This document shows, in pieces, positions 27,923 through 43,524 of a DNA stretch of 64,000 bases. How positions within the stretch are numbered: position 1 is the first letter of the stretch; the number at the start of each line of letters is the position of its first letter. The notes below the pieces were generated by a model. The model did no database searches, was not told the DNA's origin, and saw nothing but the letters and a program-made list of their open reading frames with translations. This DNA comes from Octopus vulgaris (Eukaryota): contig OX597817.1 of assembly GCA_951406725.2 (NCBI GenBank), positions 20,956,001 through 21,020,000 of the forward strand, in the 5' to 3' direction. The position numbers and the translations under genes are program-made.

Positions 27923-29535
27923 GGTATTTATAAGAGAAAAACAAAATGCTTCAAAGACTAATGTGAATAATGTAAAAGTAGTTAGAGACGAATATTGTAG
28001 GAAAATGCTTCTTGAATGAATTTACAGAAGCACGGTGTAATGTATATAATAAGGACAATATAGTTCCTTTTTACGGAACATGATACTGAGTGTTGAAATG
28101 ATGAGTGGATTTAGTTCATTTCAATGCTCTTTATAGATATATACAGTAATTTTGTTTTAAAAAATTGATTTTACATATTTTACTGAAAATTTAGCGTATA
28201 ACTGTGACTGCTTGAACTGCCGAAGGATTACTAAGATTTGAAGATCCTTTTTAAAATATGCCAATAGCGTTTATTTAAATAGGCCTAAAATTTCGACTTT
28301 ATTTTACTCAACAATATCTCAAGGTTTTCTAAAAATACCTACCAAACTCCCAAAAGAAATAAAACAAGGATATATAGGATTTTAATCCAAGAAACAGTGA
28401 AAATGTCAAATTTTACAAAGCCAGTTCGTCATTAAATATAGAACAGTTTAACCGGGTCCGGTGGGGCGAAATAAAATTTGACTTTTACATATTCTTTCTG
28501 ATTAATCCTGGTCTCTAATACCGACTCGATTTATTTTTATTCTTTCTGAAACCTCCGTTGAATCACGCATAGTATGGATAGCCATTATATTCGTTTATTA
28601 GTATCAGTATTTATTCTCATACGAACACGATATTTTCTATTACCGTTAATCAATTACTATTCTGTACAACTTGATTGAATATTTTCCGATCCGTTTTATC
28701 GAAGAGTATTTTGCGCAGCGGATTCCTGTGTGAGTAGGTTTTCATTGATTTTCTCGAAAGCTTGTTGTTCCATTCAGCTGAAACTAACACTTTTCTTTTT
28801 GCTGGTCGCTCACAGATACAAATAATAGTCAATGAGTAGTATTTCATTCCTATATCTTAGTTATTTTCCACGAAAAATGAATTAATTTTCTCAATAAATC
28901 TCATAATTGAGGATATCCGACACCGCAGCCAGAAAGAGAAAAGGAACAAAAAATAACGAAAATAGAAAACCGATTGCAATGGAAAACGAATGTCAGGGTT
29001 CTTTTATAGTTTCTTCACTGATTTAAGAATCTATAAAAGAGGCAGTTTTATCCATTACAACTGAGTAAACATATTTACTTGAAACATAATATAACTGTAA
29101 TCTAGTTTATATTGAACTACCATCAAGAAACGGCAAATGGCATAATTCCTTATCGACGAAGTCTCGGACGGATGCTATTGGCTTAAATTAGGAAAATTGC
29201 GGATAAATACATAATGCAGAGAATAACCGGAAATAAATTTCATTATACAATTAATGTAAAAATATTAGCCGATATACAATAAAAAAAGAACAATGAGGTG
29301 ATTACTACGAATTTATCAATCTGTCATTTATAAAATACATCAATAGAAGTCACCTCTTTTTATTTCGAGTGGGTATGCTAATTTCCGTATCGATGTCATG
29401 TTATCTCCTTCTGTCGCTCTCCCTCTCTTCATCTATATGAATCATTACCGACTTAAGTACATCATGGTGTTTGCCATTCCTTTATTTCGTACGTGTATCT
29501 ATTTATCTATATATCTATCTATCTATATATATATC

Positions 29536-29584
<49 letters not shown>

Positions 29585-29591
29585 ATATGTG

Positions 29592-29632
<41 letters not shown>

Positions 29633-29727
29633 CTGTATATATACATATGTATGTTTGTGTGTGTGCATATATATCTATATATCTATCTAAAAATCTATCT
29701 ATCTATCTCTGTCTGTCTCTCTCTCTC

Positions 29728-29816
<89 letters not shown>

Positions 29817-30279
29817 TGAGAAAGATAGATAGATAGGTATATCTGTACCTATATATTTATGTATTTTGTCTTTTATTTATAAACGCTAAACCGCAAAAGA
29901 AACGCCATTTTTTCAAATGTCATTTTTATACGGTAAATTCTGGAAATGTATTTCGGGGATGTAAGTGTAAATATTCCAATATATGCTGGTTTATGGCAGA
30001 GAACCAAATTATAGGTAACCTTTCAAATTTCACTGAAACGAGATGCGAAAACACAGCAGCGTTGAATTCCGTGGGTAGTAGTCGATAACAATTGTTATGG
30101 AAACTGAAATGCACGTTCATTTCATTGAGGTTATGGGCATAAAAATCAATTTGAACGGTCGTGAAGGAAGCTATAGGAAGAGAACGGCGTGTATCTATTG
30201 GAGACATTCAACGCTGATTGGACTGTCTGTCTAGACAAGGTCTGCTGCAAAATCAACATTCGTATTTCCCACATCAAAT

Positions 30280-31265
30280 CGTCATAGTTGTGTTATTTCT
30301 TCTTCTTCTTCTTTCACATTGATCCTGTTGTCACTGCGGCATGCTATGTCGATTATCATACATGTTATTTCTTTCTTCATCACAACAAGAATGTCGTTTC
30401 CGATGTCTAGTGAGGTGATTGCCCTGGATCGTTGCCTCCCACTGAATTTTGCAATTATCGGTGACTCCATCTAAGGTGACTACATCTCATACCACGTCTA
30501 TTTAACTTGTAGGTATTGATATTTACTAAGATCCCAATGGATCATGCTTGCCACAGTGTCATGGTCTCTTATTTAATCGCCTTGTGACACTTTCGGGCAT
30601 TTGCTAACGTCGTACCATAACGTTTCACCCCTCTGATCACACATTCTGCATTTGTCTCTATAGGTGGTCTTATCTATTCTGCCCTCCATAAAGTTGGTCC
30701 TTAACGCTCGTTCCTGAGCTGCGCATGTCTTTTTTTCAGGTCGCTCTTTCTCCTCTACAGCCACCAGTCCTCTGTATCTGTCTTAGCGCTCACATCTCTT
30801 GCAAACTGAATGTACATTTTCTAACATTTTCGTTAGTCTTGCTTTTTTTTTGTTCGTTTCTTGTTTAAATTTTTCTTTCGTTATAGAATTTTCAATTTTG
30901 ATGATGCCGGACTTTTTCATGTGTTTCAACACTAGTTCCACGGCATTTTTTCATATACCGCACTAGGCTGTTTACCTCTGCTTCGATACAGTTCTGGCAA
31001 TTAATCAAACATCTCCCACCCTTTCTTCTGGGCGAGTACAGCCTTTTGGTGTCTCAATTAGGGTGGAAGTCTCCGCGTACACTCAACATTTTTCTGGTCT
31101 TGGCATCCATTTTCTTTATTTGTCTCGTTTGGCATTTTATAAATTCCTCTCCATACCGAAGTGTTGCTATCGGCCACGTAACAGCTGTCTGGATTTTATT
31201 CAATCCAATCAATTTTAAGTGCAACACCAACGTCAATCTTCGGACATGCTCCATCCTTAGTTACT
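30280..31265 (-). mobile_element. Degraded R4/Dong fragment
   Basis: RRLTLVL..NKIQ..TWPI..LRYG..MDAKTRKML; AAQERALRTN..CRMC..RGET...SKCP; DILVV..CMIIDIAC..D.RI..KE. Confidence 0.8.
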
Positions 31266-31294
31266 CTTTCATTATTATTATTATTATTATTATT

Positions 31295-31850
31295 GAGTGA
31301 GAGAGCAGTTCATGCCATCAAAGTGACACTGGGGTAAAATATACGAAGCCCAATATACCCATCATGACTACCTGTCTGATAAGGGTACACCAGGCACATG
31401 CATCACAACCATATGTGCGCGACATGGTGATCTCATATCAAGATAAACAGCACATGACCTTGCAGGTGGAGCCCAGTTAGAATTTTCTTCAGGTTGAGTA
31501 GCCCATCCCGCTCAAAGGGTCCCTGAATAAGGGTTGTTTAAGGATGTTGAAAGAACCACCCATGTTTCCAGAGGTGAATTATTCAAACCCCAAAGAATCC
31601 CTCTCAACACATGGCTATGATGCTCCCCCACTACTTCTGCTCGTGATCAGAGATGCACATATCGTCAGCCACTAAGGGACATGCTCAACTGGTTAAGGTC
31701 AAACAACTGACAAGCAAATCTGTGGTATTGAGCAGAATATTTGCTGTAGCCCATCTTTTATACCAAGACAAAACAATGTACATGATAACACCTCCAATCA
31801 GTTATGATCAGAAGCCATGAGAGCCACTGACTGGTACTGCATCAGGGCAT
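31295..31850 (-). mobile_element. 555-bp non-coding retroposon with (TAA)n tail, inserted in (TTA)n
   Basis: Near-identical to 33421-33903. All three copies share the left end and differ at the right, consistent with 5' truncation on the minus strand. Confidence 0.85.
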
Positions 31851-31851
31851 A

Positions 31852-32126
<275 letters not shown>

Positions 32127-32149
32127 CTACGGTTTCCTTCCATTATAAT

Positions 32150-33340
32150 TTTATTTCAGCTGCGTTATTACCGGGCATCCTCTAGAAGCAAGATTAGCAA
32201 GAGCACTTCTGTTTTGCTATGGATGCTAAAATTATCACCACAGTTATTCCATTTTAGATGCAGAGTGTATGGAGTGTATGCATCAATTGTATCATTTATA
32301 GTACACAGAGATTGGAGTTAGCAAGGAGTTTCTGAATATACTTCGCAGCTCCCTTTTCATCAATCTCAACCAACCAATACTGCTGGTATTATCGTTGTAT
32401 TAAGCTTCCATATTTTTGTGATTTCCCTTTGCAGATCTTTATAGTGAAAAAGATTTTCGTATTCCTTTCTTGCGATAGTTTTATCTAGTGGGACAGACAT
32501 ATCTATTAACAGACAGGTTCCTCTGTTGTAGTCTTTGATCACAATGTCTGGTCTATTGGAGTCAAATTTTCTGTTTGTTTATAAGAGGAAGTTCCAAAGG
32601 TTGGTGACTCTCTAAACGTTTTGTACGCCCTCCGCTCAAAATTGACCGGATTGAATAAAATCCAAAGCAGTTAATGTTTGGGTATCACATTTTGGGTTGG
32701 AGTATCACATATCTAGTCAGCAACTTGCTTATCTTTCTGTCTAGGCTGTTTAGTTCGTCTACTGTCCATGCAATTATCGCCGCTCCATATCTAAGGAGTG
32801 AAATGACCCAGATGTTGATAGCTTCAATCTTATTCCGTCCATTTAATTTCGACATAAGGATCAGTCTCAGTCTGCGCCAGTACTCTACCTCAAATTTTTC
32901 TGTCATTCTTTTTTTCCGTCAATTTATTCCTTTCCAATATCATCAAGTACTTATAGCCCATCTCTTCTGTGTGCTTCATAACTTCCCCGAACGGTATCTC
33001 TTACCCGCCCATACATTTGATTTTGCTTCTCTTCAAGACTAACACACCAAACAAAGGAATTGATTTGGGATTCAGCTTTAACATAAAGCTTGAGATCAAC
33101 CATGAATAACAAGGGGTTGAATTTTCCTTGGCCGCTTTTGCATACATACCTCGCCTTTGCTTTCCTCAGAATTAGTGTTTGTGGTATCATGCACAGAACA
33201 AAGTTCAGTGGGGAAAGCAGTCCCCTTTCAAGATGCTTCTCCTGAATTCTATTATCCCTAAAATTCTTCCATATGGTGTCAGTGCCGTCCTCCACTTCGC
33301 CATACGTTTTGCAAGGAATCGCTAAAAATTTGATACAATA
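32150..33340 (-). mobile_element. Degraded, internally deleted R4/Dong fragment
   Basis: GLLSPLNFVLCMIP, LLFMVDLKLY, EYWRRLRLIL.SKLNGRNKIEAIN, NRPDIVIKD...CLLIDMSVP.D, YKDLQREI.KIW. Confidence 0.8.
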
Positions 33341-33341
33341 C

Positions 33342-33407
<66 letters not shown>

Positions 33408-33420
33408 CATTATTATCATT

Positions 33421-33903
33421 GAGTGAGAGAGCAGTTCATGCCATCAAAGTGACACCGGGGTAAAATATACGAAGCCCAATATACCCATCATGACTACCCG
33501 TCTGATAAAGGTACACCAGGCACATGCATCACAACCATATGTGCACGACATGGTGATCTCATATCAAGATAAACAGCACATGACCTTGCAGGTGGGGCCC
33601 AGTTAGAATTTTCTTCAGGTTGAGTAGCCCATCCCGCTCAAACGGTCCCTGAATAAGGGTTGCTTAAGGATGTTGAAAGAACCACCCATGTTTCCAGAGG
33701 TGAACTATTCAAACCCCAAAGAATCCCTCTCAACACATGGCTATGATGCTCCCCCACTACTTCTGCTCGTGATCAGAGATGCACATATCGTCAGCCACTA
33801 AGGGACATGCTCAACTGGTTAAGGTCAAACAACTGACAAGCAAATCTGTGGTATTGAGTAGAATATTTGCTGTAGCCCATCTTTTATACCAAGACAAAAC
33901 AAT
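33421..33903 (-). mobile_element. Second, 5'-truncated copy of the 555-bp (TAA)n-tailed retroposon
   Basis: Near-identical to 31295-31777; (TTA)n on both sides. Confidence 0.88.
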
Positions 33904-34005
33904 TATTATCATTATTATTATTATTATTATTATTATTGCCGTTGCGGTTTTTATTATTTGTAGTGGGAATGGCAGCAGCAACAGCAGCAGTGCAAGCAGT
34001 AGTAA

Positions 34006-34048
<43 letters not shown>

Positions 34049-34896
34049 TGTTGTTGTAGTAGCAGCAGCAGCAGTAGTAGGAGGAGGAGTAAGTGGAGGA
34101 AGAGGAGGGAATGAGGAGAGGGAAGAAGAAGAAAAGAAGTTTGTACTTTAAGTTGTTCTAAAACTATGTTCACATGATTATCTCCGGTTTTCGATGAGTC
34201 TGCAAATGTATGCAGACTAATATGACTTGATGAAAAATCATCCTTTGCTTCAAGGTGAGGTTTCTGTGATTTATAAATTATTTTCGTTTCGTAATAGAAA
34301 TACATTTCGCTGGACAATAATGGTAAGAATTGCGGCTGGATAGGTGCGTGTGTCTGGCTAAAATATTAATGGATGTATATGTGCATTTCAACATATATAA
34401 CAATCCCGGTATTATTATTTGCCTTAATACATGTGAGAAGATATATGACATATGTACATGAATATTCTGGGCAGTAGATTCAGTACGTCTCTAGAACGAA
34501 TTATAGAGATTGATAGAGAAATTGATTGATAGAAACGAGGCTAGATGGATGGCACGCGTATAGACTAAGAGTAAGTTATGAATAAATGAATATTCTTCCA
34601 ATATCAGCCATTTTTGCCAACAATATTTCCTATGCATTATAGACCATCTTATTTATATTATGGTACCATTAGCTCTCCTTTAAGCAAGAAAGAATGATTA
34701 AATTACAGTCCGGCTATATAAACCATAAAGTAATAATTTTGTATTGGAAATTAGTTTGAAAACACATAGTAGAATATCAGTTCGGTATATACTTTATTCT
34801 AAATAATAGTCCTCTGGATTAATTCTTTGTTCTGCTCTCCTATTCACTTTTGTAAGCATTGAAAATCTATCTATGTTACTCACTTTCTTTTCGTAT

Positions 34897-34961
<65 letters not shown>

Positions 34962-36559
34962 TAAATACATACATATGTGTGTGTATATACATATACGCGC
35001 GCGTACACAGACTGCAGGCACACATATATATAAATGCTTATGTATGTATATATATATATATATATTTATGTCTCCATTGCTTTCACATCCCCACTCGATT
35101 TTCCTATTTTTCCTTCTCGTCCATTTCAATATTGTAATGCAAGCGTAATTCTAGACTCTGTATTTGTATTTTTTTTTATTTCCCAATAAGACATGTATTT
35201 AGCGTAATGTTCTTTGGGACAATTCGTAGTTATATCGAAAATGGATTTATCTTCCCGTATTATTATTTATAATAATATCATTCTGGTAGTAATATAATCA
35301 TGCGCACATACAAAAACCCCTCTCACACTCTTGTGTGTGTGTGTATATGTATGCCCGTATACAAGCTAAAAGAGCAATCTTAACTATTGTTGTCGGATGA
35401 AAGAGTGAAACGAGAGACTGAAAAGAATTGCCAAGGTAATTTTGATGCATCCTTGTGTTGCAGAATAGAAGTAAAGTAAAGTTGTTTCTTTAGTGATTGA
35501 TGTAAATTTGTTCTGTGCTTTCGTTTGTTGTGCAGAAGGGGAACGATGAAAGAAGGAAAATATGTGTCTTTGTGAGTGGATTGATAATAGAAAATATCTC
35601 TATTGCACTCATATTCTTTCGTACTGATTTGTGTCGTCTTCAAGATTAAAGAGATTTTATTTGAGAAAGCGGACTGCATACTATTCTTACTTAACTTATG
35701 AAACGCAAAGAAATGAGGTGGAAATTTTATAATACAATTAAGATTTCAAATAAATATTTTAGAATTAATGAAATTATTTAATGAGTTAATATAGTTGAAA
35801 ATTAAAGGCAAAAAGAATTTAGTCGCTAGATGTTTTGGAGGATGATCAAGGGTAAATATTAATGCTAGATTTAAATATGGAATCAAATTTTCATTTAAGA
35901 AGAGAATTTATTTGACGTTATGTTCAATTTCACCTAATCTAATATTGCCACATGAATGAAAGTCATAAACTTCAATTAAATCGCTATATATTTATTGAAT
36001 TTGCCGTGTTATATTAACAGAAGTTGTTCCTTCAGAAATGAATTTCTGATAGGGTTTCTAGAATAAAATTTTCAGCAGTTAAATATGAATGTTGAAACAT
36101 GTTTAGATTTGAGCCAATATACCGATTTGGTCATCTGCACGTAGGTTTGCTTCTCGTGTTATGTTTTTGTTTATTTTACATCAGTATGTCATTTGTGTTG
36201 ATGAGGTCATGAAAGAGAAGAAACCAGTTTAATACCTTCTGGTGTGTGTTTGATGACCAAATCTCCCTGAAAACGGCAAGAAAAAAACATCCACGTTTTT
36301 CAAATTAAATGTGCTGAAAAATATATCCCTGAAATTTCAGAAGCAACCAACATTCACTAGTATTTTTATAATCTATACAAAAGTTAATATAATTTAAACT
36401 ATGTGTAAAGCAATTTAACGCGTGAAATATTTCCCTTGAAATTCGAACCCTGCAATATTTGAGTAGAAATTATTCGTCATTCTAAATTTACTTTATAAAT
36501 TTTGGTTGACTCTGCATTTCCAGGACCTTTTATTTTTGAGCATTACTTATCTAATTGTA

Positions 36560-36965
36560 GGCGTAGGAATGGCTGTGTGGTAAGTAGCTTGCTTGCAAAC
36601 CACATGGTTCCGGGTTCAGTTCCACTGCGTGGCACCTTGGGCAAGTGTCTTCTACTATAGCCTCGGGCCGACCAAAGCCTTGTGAGTGGATTTGGTAGAC
36701 GGAAACTGAAAGAAGCCCTTCGCATATATGCGTATGTATTTATTTATGTATGTGCATATATTTGTGTGTCTGTGTTTTCCCCCCAACATCGCTTGACAAC
36801 CGATGCTGGTGTGTTTACATCTCCGTAACTTAGCGTTTTGGCAAAAGAGACCGATGTATTAAGTACTAGGCTTACAAAGAATAAGTCCTGGGTTCGATTT
36901 TCTCGTCTAAAGGCGTTGCTCCAGCATGGCCACAGTCAAAGGAATGAAACAAGTAAAAGAGTAAG
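36560..36965 (+). mobile_element. CORE-type SINE, full length
   Basis: GGCGTAGG head, CACCTTGGGCAAGT CORE-like motif, conserved tail. Confidence 0.9.
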
Positions 36966-37947
36966 ATTATGGTAAATATTATAAACAGAAAAATAAATAT
37001 TCACATAGATATTCCTTTGAATCCAAGTAACTTAAATAGTGTAAGTTGAATATTGAGATTTTGCTACAAAACCCAAGTTATTGCTACAAACGTGGTACCT
37101 TATTTTCATTATTAGGTTCTTATTACCTGCACTGGCTGAGACTGTAATTTCGACCATTGGAATCGCTATAAATATATAAAGGAAAAATTTTTATCGCTTT
37201 CGAAGGGTGGCTATCTGAGTACCCAAAACCACATTGAAAACAATATACGAAAATACTATAAGTAATAAAAAGGAATTTTAATATAAAATATATTATATGG
37301 AGAAGATATTTTAATTATAGATCCAGACATAAAGACATTCACACATGCATATATTTGCATGGAATCACATGCAACACACACACACACACGCACACACATA
37401 CTCACATACAAAGACACACACGCAAGAATACTCAAAAACACCCACACATAACCACGCACACATAAGCACAAACACAGACTCAGACGTAGACACGCATGCA
37501 TAATCACACGCACACACATACTCACACACACATGCACAGACAAACACATATTAGAACCATTGGCTGAGAGAGAAAGAAAGGTGAGAAACAGAGAGAGAGT
37601 GGGTGCTGTCTATGCAAGTATACGTGAGTATGAATAGGCTGGTTGATAAATATGAATATGTCTGTAGTGTCAATTCAGAGTCAGCACTTATTGGAGATAG
37701 ATATGAGTATAGAAAGTGGTGTGAGCATGGTTGCATGTACATAAATATGTATATTTTTGCTAGAAGGCAGTCACTTCAAAGTCATGATGTATTTTGCTCG
37801 ATAACAAACTATTTTCTGTTAATATCTTTATTCAATTAAGTTATCTGAAAATCAATAAAACCATTGAGAAAAAAAAACAATTAAGCTTTTACACACACGC
37901 ACTCAAACCTTACCCCATATATACATATATACATATATATATCTATA

Positions 37948-37988
<41 letters not shown>

Positions 37989-37994
37989 TATATA

Positions 37995-38034
<40 letters not shown>

Positions 38035-39812
38035 TATTTGTATGTATATGTATATGTATACAAACATATATGTATATACATACATATATACTTACATACA
38101 TATACTCATAAATGTATGCGTGCGTGTGTGTAAACATATACATACACATATACACATATGCATACGTGTTTAGGTAGAAATATATATCTTGTAATTATGG
38201 ATATGTGTGTACGCGTGTATGTGTGCATGTGTGTGTGTGTGTGTTTGTGTGTGTGTTTCAGTGTGTCTTCTGCGAAAGAGACAGCTAACCAGTGCTATGT
38301 ATATATAAACGCACTGGTATCATATACATATTTTTCCGTGTCTGTCTCTGTGTTTTTGTATATACCTACACATTATTCCTAAAACTATGGCTATGTGAAT
38401 AAATCTATATAGAGATAGATGCTTTTGCATCCAAATGAAATGAAATTAAATTTCCAATCACTTTGATGTCGGAATAATAAATCAGACATCTTTGGATATA
38501 GTTATTAGTCATACTTCGTCTTCTTAGTTATGAACATTAGTAATTCTTAATTAAAACCTATTTGTTTCTTGTTTCATTGTATATTTACTGTTTTCTTTGC
38601 TGTGTTTGTATGTAAGTTTCCAGAAGGTAAGACCGAATAAAGACGTCTATGTAATTAAAACGAAAGAAAATTCCAGCTATTTAATGAAACTTCAATATTG
38701 TTATATATTCTCGCTTTTAATTATATAGGGTAAGTATATAATTACATATCAAAGAACATCTCTTTTATGAGTGATGGTGTTGGATTGCGTAAATCTTGCC
38801 TATATGTATGATGTGTTAGTGTGTGCTTGTGTTGTGTGTCTGCGTTGTGTATATGTACATGTATGGATACATATACAGAGAGATATATATTTGTCCATAT
38901 ATATATATAAATGTATATATATATAGATGCATACTTGTCCATACACATATGTGTGTGTATATGACTGAATGGGTATGCGGATGTTAGCACGTGTGGATTT
39001 ATTCGTATTGAACATCATGGGAATCTATGTCAACAGTATATATTTGATCGTTTGCTCACTCTTTTCCGAATATGCATATATATTTAAATACTTGAGAAAC
39101 ATGTATACATTTATAATAGACAGGAATACGTTGTTTTACAACATATTGTCCTGTATGTGAAATTCTTAATTACATATTGCTATCATTGTCAAATATATGT
39201 GTTTATATATACACATTTATGCGTTTGTCCATTTTCGTTTGTTCGTTTTTGTGTGCTTATATATATATGTCTATACTTTCGTCTGCGTGTGTAGTAGTTG
39301 GCTAAATGAGTAATTGTAAGCGTGTATATATGAACGTATTATTCTACGTATATAATTAAACAATTTAATTGTTGTTGCTATATATCTGCATCAAAGTAGG
39401 CGTATCACTATAATTCAATTTATGGTTTGATTTATTTCGCTACAATTAAAGACTTTTAATTAAAATATCTTGAACATTTATTCATCCTCAAATATCTGCC
39501 AGACAAAGAAAGTTCTTTTTTCTTTACCAAAACTTGGAAAATTCATCGAACTGTGTATGTACAAAGGTACATTTGATGGTTGGTAAATATATATGAATGA
39601 AAGAAGAAAAAGTGGGTAGAAATTTGTTGAAATATTATATGGTATTTGTAATCATAACAAGTAAATTTCACGGGTCTCTCCAGATCACGATTAAGATATT
39701 CGCATTCATCAAGAAGCGTTTTTCCTTCCTGCTACAAAGTAAATACTTCATAGATACGAGTGTGTTTCTGCTGGTACACATGTATCTGTTTGTGGATGTT
39801 GTTGTGCAAACT

Positions 39813-39891
<79 letters not shown>

Positions 39892-41169
39892 AAAGAAATA
39901 CAAACTGGGACGATACAAAAAACACGGACGGGACATTCGAAGCCTTCAATCTTCAGTCAAGAACCGGATCATCCTCGCAATTTCGGCTGATTAATCTTGA
40001 GATCGCTCCGATCCGGCCAACCCTAAGGAAAAACTAAGCTACGAGCATTACATTTCTTGGAAAAAGGATCGAATATATACGAATGTATGTCTATATATAT
40101 ATATATATATATACATATACATACACATGTATGTATATAAACACATGTATATATATAGATGCATACAAACCTGTTTGTATATACACACACACACACTGAA
40201 TATTATGCTATCAGTATTTTTCAATCTGATTTATGGAATTCGTTAAAATCAGATATATTTACAAAAGACTTTGTTGAAATTAAGAGTCATCAGACGTTGG
40301 AGTTACCTGCATTACTATATATGTCATATGACCTGTCAGTTAGCTATTTGCGCAAGAGATGAAAGAAATTCGCAAAACATTCAGAGAATATTATTTAATA
40401 TATATTCAGCTCCTAGTTTCCTGAACTTGGCAGATATAAGTCATTTTAACCGGCGAGAAATGTTCATGGATCCTCAATCTTCGAAATTATATATTTCCTA
40501 CCATTAAACTTGCTTTCCCAACACATGGAAATATAAATGCTTGTGTTGAAACAAAACTTGAGACACAATATATATTAAATAAACCACGATTTTAAAAACC
40601 ATTTACTGCTCGTCGAACCTAACCACAAAGCCTACTCTATAACTGAAAGATACAACAAACGAAGCCTTTAAAAGGTAACCATTCAATAGGAAAGAGTACC
40701 CAATTTATCTGAAAACATAACTAAGTTAAAAGTGTAAGTCGAATTAGACGTAGATATGCAATGAAAGAAAGTGGCATACTGAGTCACGTGAAAAATCAAC
40801 CGCAGCAGAACTCGCCCGGAGCTAAATAAGAAGCAATGTAAGAAATAACACTATTTAGAGGTGTTTCCTCTGTCTTCACACATAACCATCTTGGTTAAAC
40901 TGTTGTCTCTCTGAGAAAAACCTGAGAACAAGTCTCTACAAAGCATGTTTTGTAGATTTTGCTATTTAAGAGCCGGTTTCTAAATATTTTAGTTTTTATT
41001 TAGGTGTAAATGCATTCAGCATTACTATTGATAGTACATCCATAAAAATTGGAAGCTGTAGAAATACTTGCAACAAATTAGAATCTGTCAAAGGCAGCTA
41101 TGGTCCGAGAAGTAGGTGTCTAATAGGGCAGCACCTTACTTCTTCTACCCAACTACGCCTAGATGTCGT

Positions 41170-41320
41170 TGGACTCAAAACAGAATATGCAGGATAACTT
41201 ATCGACCCTCTAGGAATGAAAAGTAAAGTTGACATCGGGAAGATTTGAGCTCGAAATATTGGAAGTCGGGCAAGTACATAATTTGACGACGCTCGAACGA
41301 CTCTGCCATTTGACCGACTA
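41170..41320 (-). mobile_element. Degraded Meta-type SINE
   Basis: acttatcgaccct..ggaatgaaaagtaaagttgac..gatttgagctc resembles the reverse complement of the 8025 SINE. Confidence 0.6.
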
Positions 41321-41578
41321 CACACCACAAGTTAAAAAGTGACATTGGCACACACAATTAAACACACGAGGACAAAAATACATATAGAAAAAAAACGGTT
41401 AGAGTAATATATTTGCATTACGCTGGGTGATATGTTGTCTAGAAATACCTGAATCAAATATTTTCGCTTCGAAATATACTATACTTTGCTTGAACACAAA
41501 CTTGTATTCATTTAATTAGTCAGTTCCGAAAATTCCTACTAGGCTCGCGTGTGTGTTTGTGGTTGTATATGTATATAA

Positions 41579-41715
<137 letters not shown>

Positions 41716-42188
41716 TGTGTGTGCATCCGAAGCACAACACGCCTGTATACTTTTAGACATAATGAGATAATTAAATTAACAAATTTTGGCTATATCACCC
41801 CGTGCCAATTTACAGCTATTAACAACATACACTCTTGATTCGTGCAGAATTATATTAGCATCAGAATTATATCGCACGCAACTACATTAATATACTACAT
41901 TATGAATTATTCACACTCTTCTGGAAATTGAAAATAATTGTATAGATATTGAATTTTTGTATCATATATGTATTTTCCCAGTGGTGAATATACTCTCCAA
42001 GCGATGTCCACTGTCACTTATTATGTCTACACTGGTTAACGTATTCGAAAAAAAAAAAAAAAAATGTTCAACGAAATCATGTATGTTTATATATTTGTTT
42101 GGGGAATGTAAATAAAGTTTAAAATATATTTGTATTTGTTGTATCTATATGCGTCTATATATGTGCGTATGTGCCTAAGTGCCTTGTG

Positions 42189-42239
<51 letters not shown>

Positions 42240-42591
42240 AGTGAGAGAAAGGGAGAGAGAGAGATAAAAAGAGTGTATGTGTGTATTTTTGTATATAAGT
42301 GAGTAAAGATCAGTAGCATAATGTTTAGTGTATTACACACTCTATGGCTATCTCTTGAGTTCTGCTACTGGACAGGGTGTCTCAATCTCTTCTAGAGCAA
42401 AAACCCTTAATTTCAAGGTGTTCCAGTCCACTCAGCTATAAATTAATCATCCGGCGACGGAATAACCTGTCGATCATGGAGAATGTTGGCTTCTCACCTT
42501 GCTGGCAGTATTGTCTCATTCTCAAGCTACAACAACGCAGAGCGCATAGGGACCAGCGATGTATAACGATTGATAACATGATATACACACA

Positions 42592-42633
<42 letters not shown>

Positions 42634-43486
42634 TGTGTGTCTGTGTGTCTGTGTGTGTTTGTGTGTATTGTTGTCCTTGTCTGTCTGTGTGTACGCCTTA
42701 GAAACAGTTCAAGATCACAACACATAAATTCACTTCATCAGAGTTACTTTTCTTCAATAGGCCCGACTTACTTTAACATTATCCCTAAAAAAAAGTCAAC
42801 GGAGTAACATATCTCATCATCTACAAACAAAACCTGGAGAATTTTCTCCACGGGATGCCAAACAAACCGCCTATACCTGGATACATCTTATATTTAGAAA
42901 ATATTAGCTTTTATTAAAACTAAAAATTTGATGCCTTGTTATATCTCTTTTAAAAACATATTCATTTTTTAAATTAAATAATTAAAAATTTGAAAGTAGG
43001 ATATGAAAATAATAGTACTACATAATTAGTACAATAAATAGAATAATACAAAAACTACTTATATATTATAGTAAAGTCTACCGATAACAACAAATTCACA
43101 GTAAAATATGCTTTAGTTATTACCTAGGTTATTTCTAGGATTTCACATTTTTAGTCTTGATCCAATGCCTGTTTTTTAAATAATGAACTTGCTTACAATA
43201 TATACTACTCTACTTTGCATAAAACTTTAGCTAAATTGGTACATCTCGCTCTCATTTTTTAAATATTCTAATGTGTGAATATTTTAGTAAAATAAATGTA
43301 CCTTTTATAACTATTATGTTACTTTGTATGTTAAAATCAAATAATTTTTAATATTTACATCTTCTCATTCGCAGCAATAGTTTAAATAAACGTTTTCTTG
43401 TACTGCACTTTACCAGAGGTAATAACTTCTGAACTTTTCCAGCTTTATTATCTTGACAATATTATTTCTCTTGCTCGGATTTTTGC

Positions 43487-43520
<34 letters not shown>

Positions 43521-43524
<4 letters not shown>

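Noticed and set aside
38624-38626. Possible 3-nt microexon (ttccag AAG gtaaga)
   Set aside because: A similar pattern occurs on the opposite strand near 6175, so chance is likely without RNA evidence.
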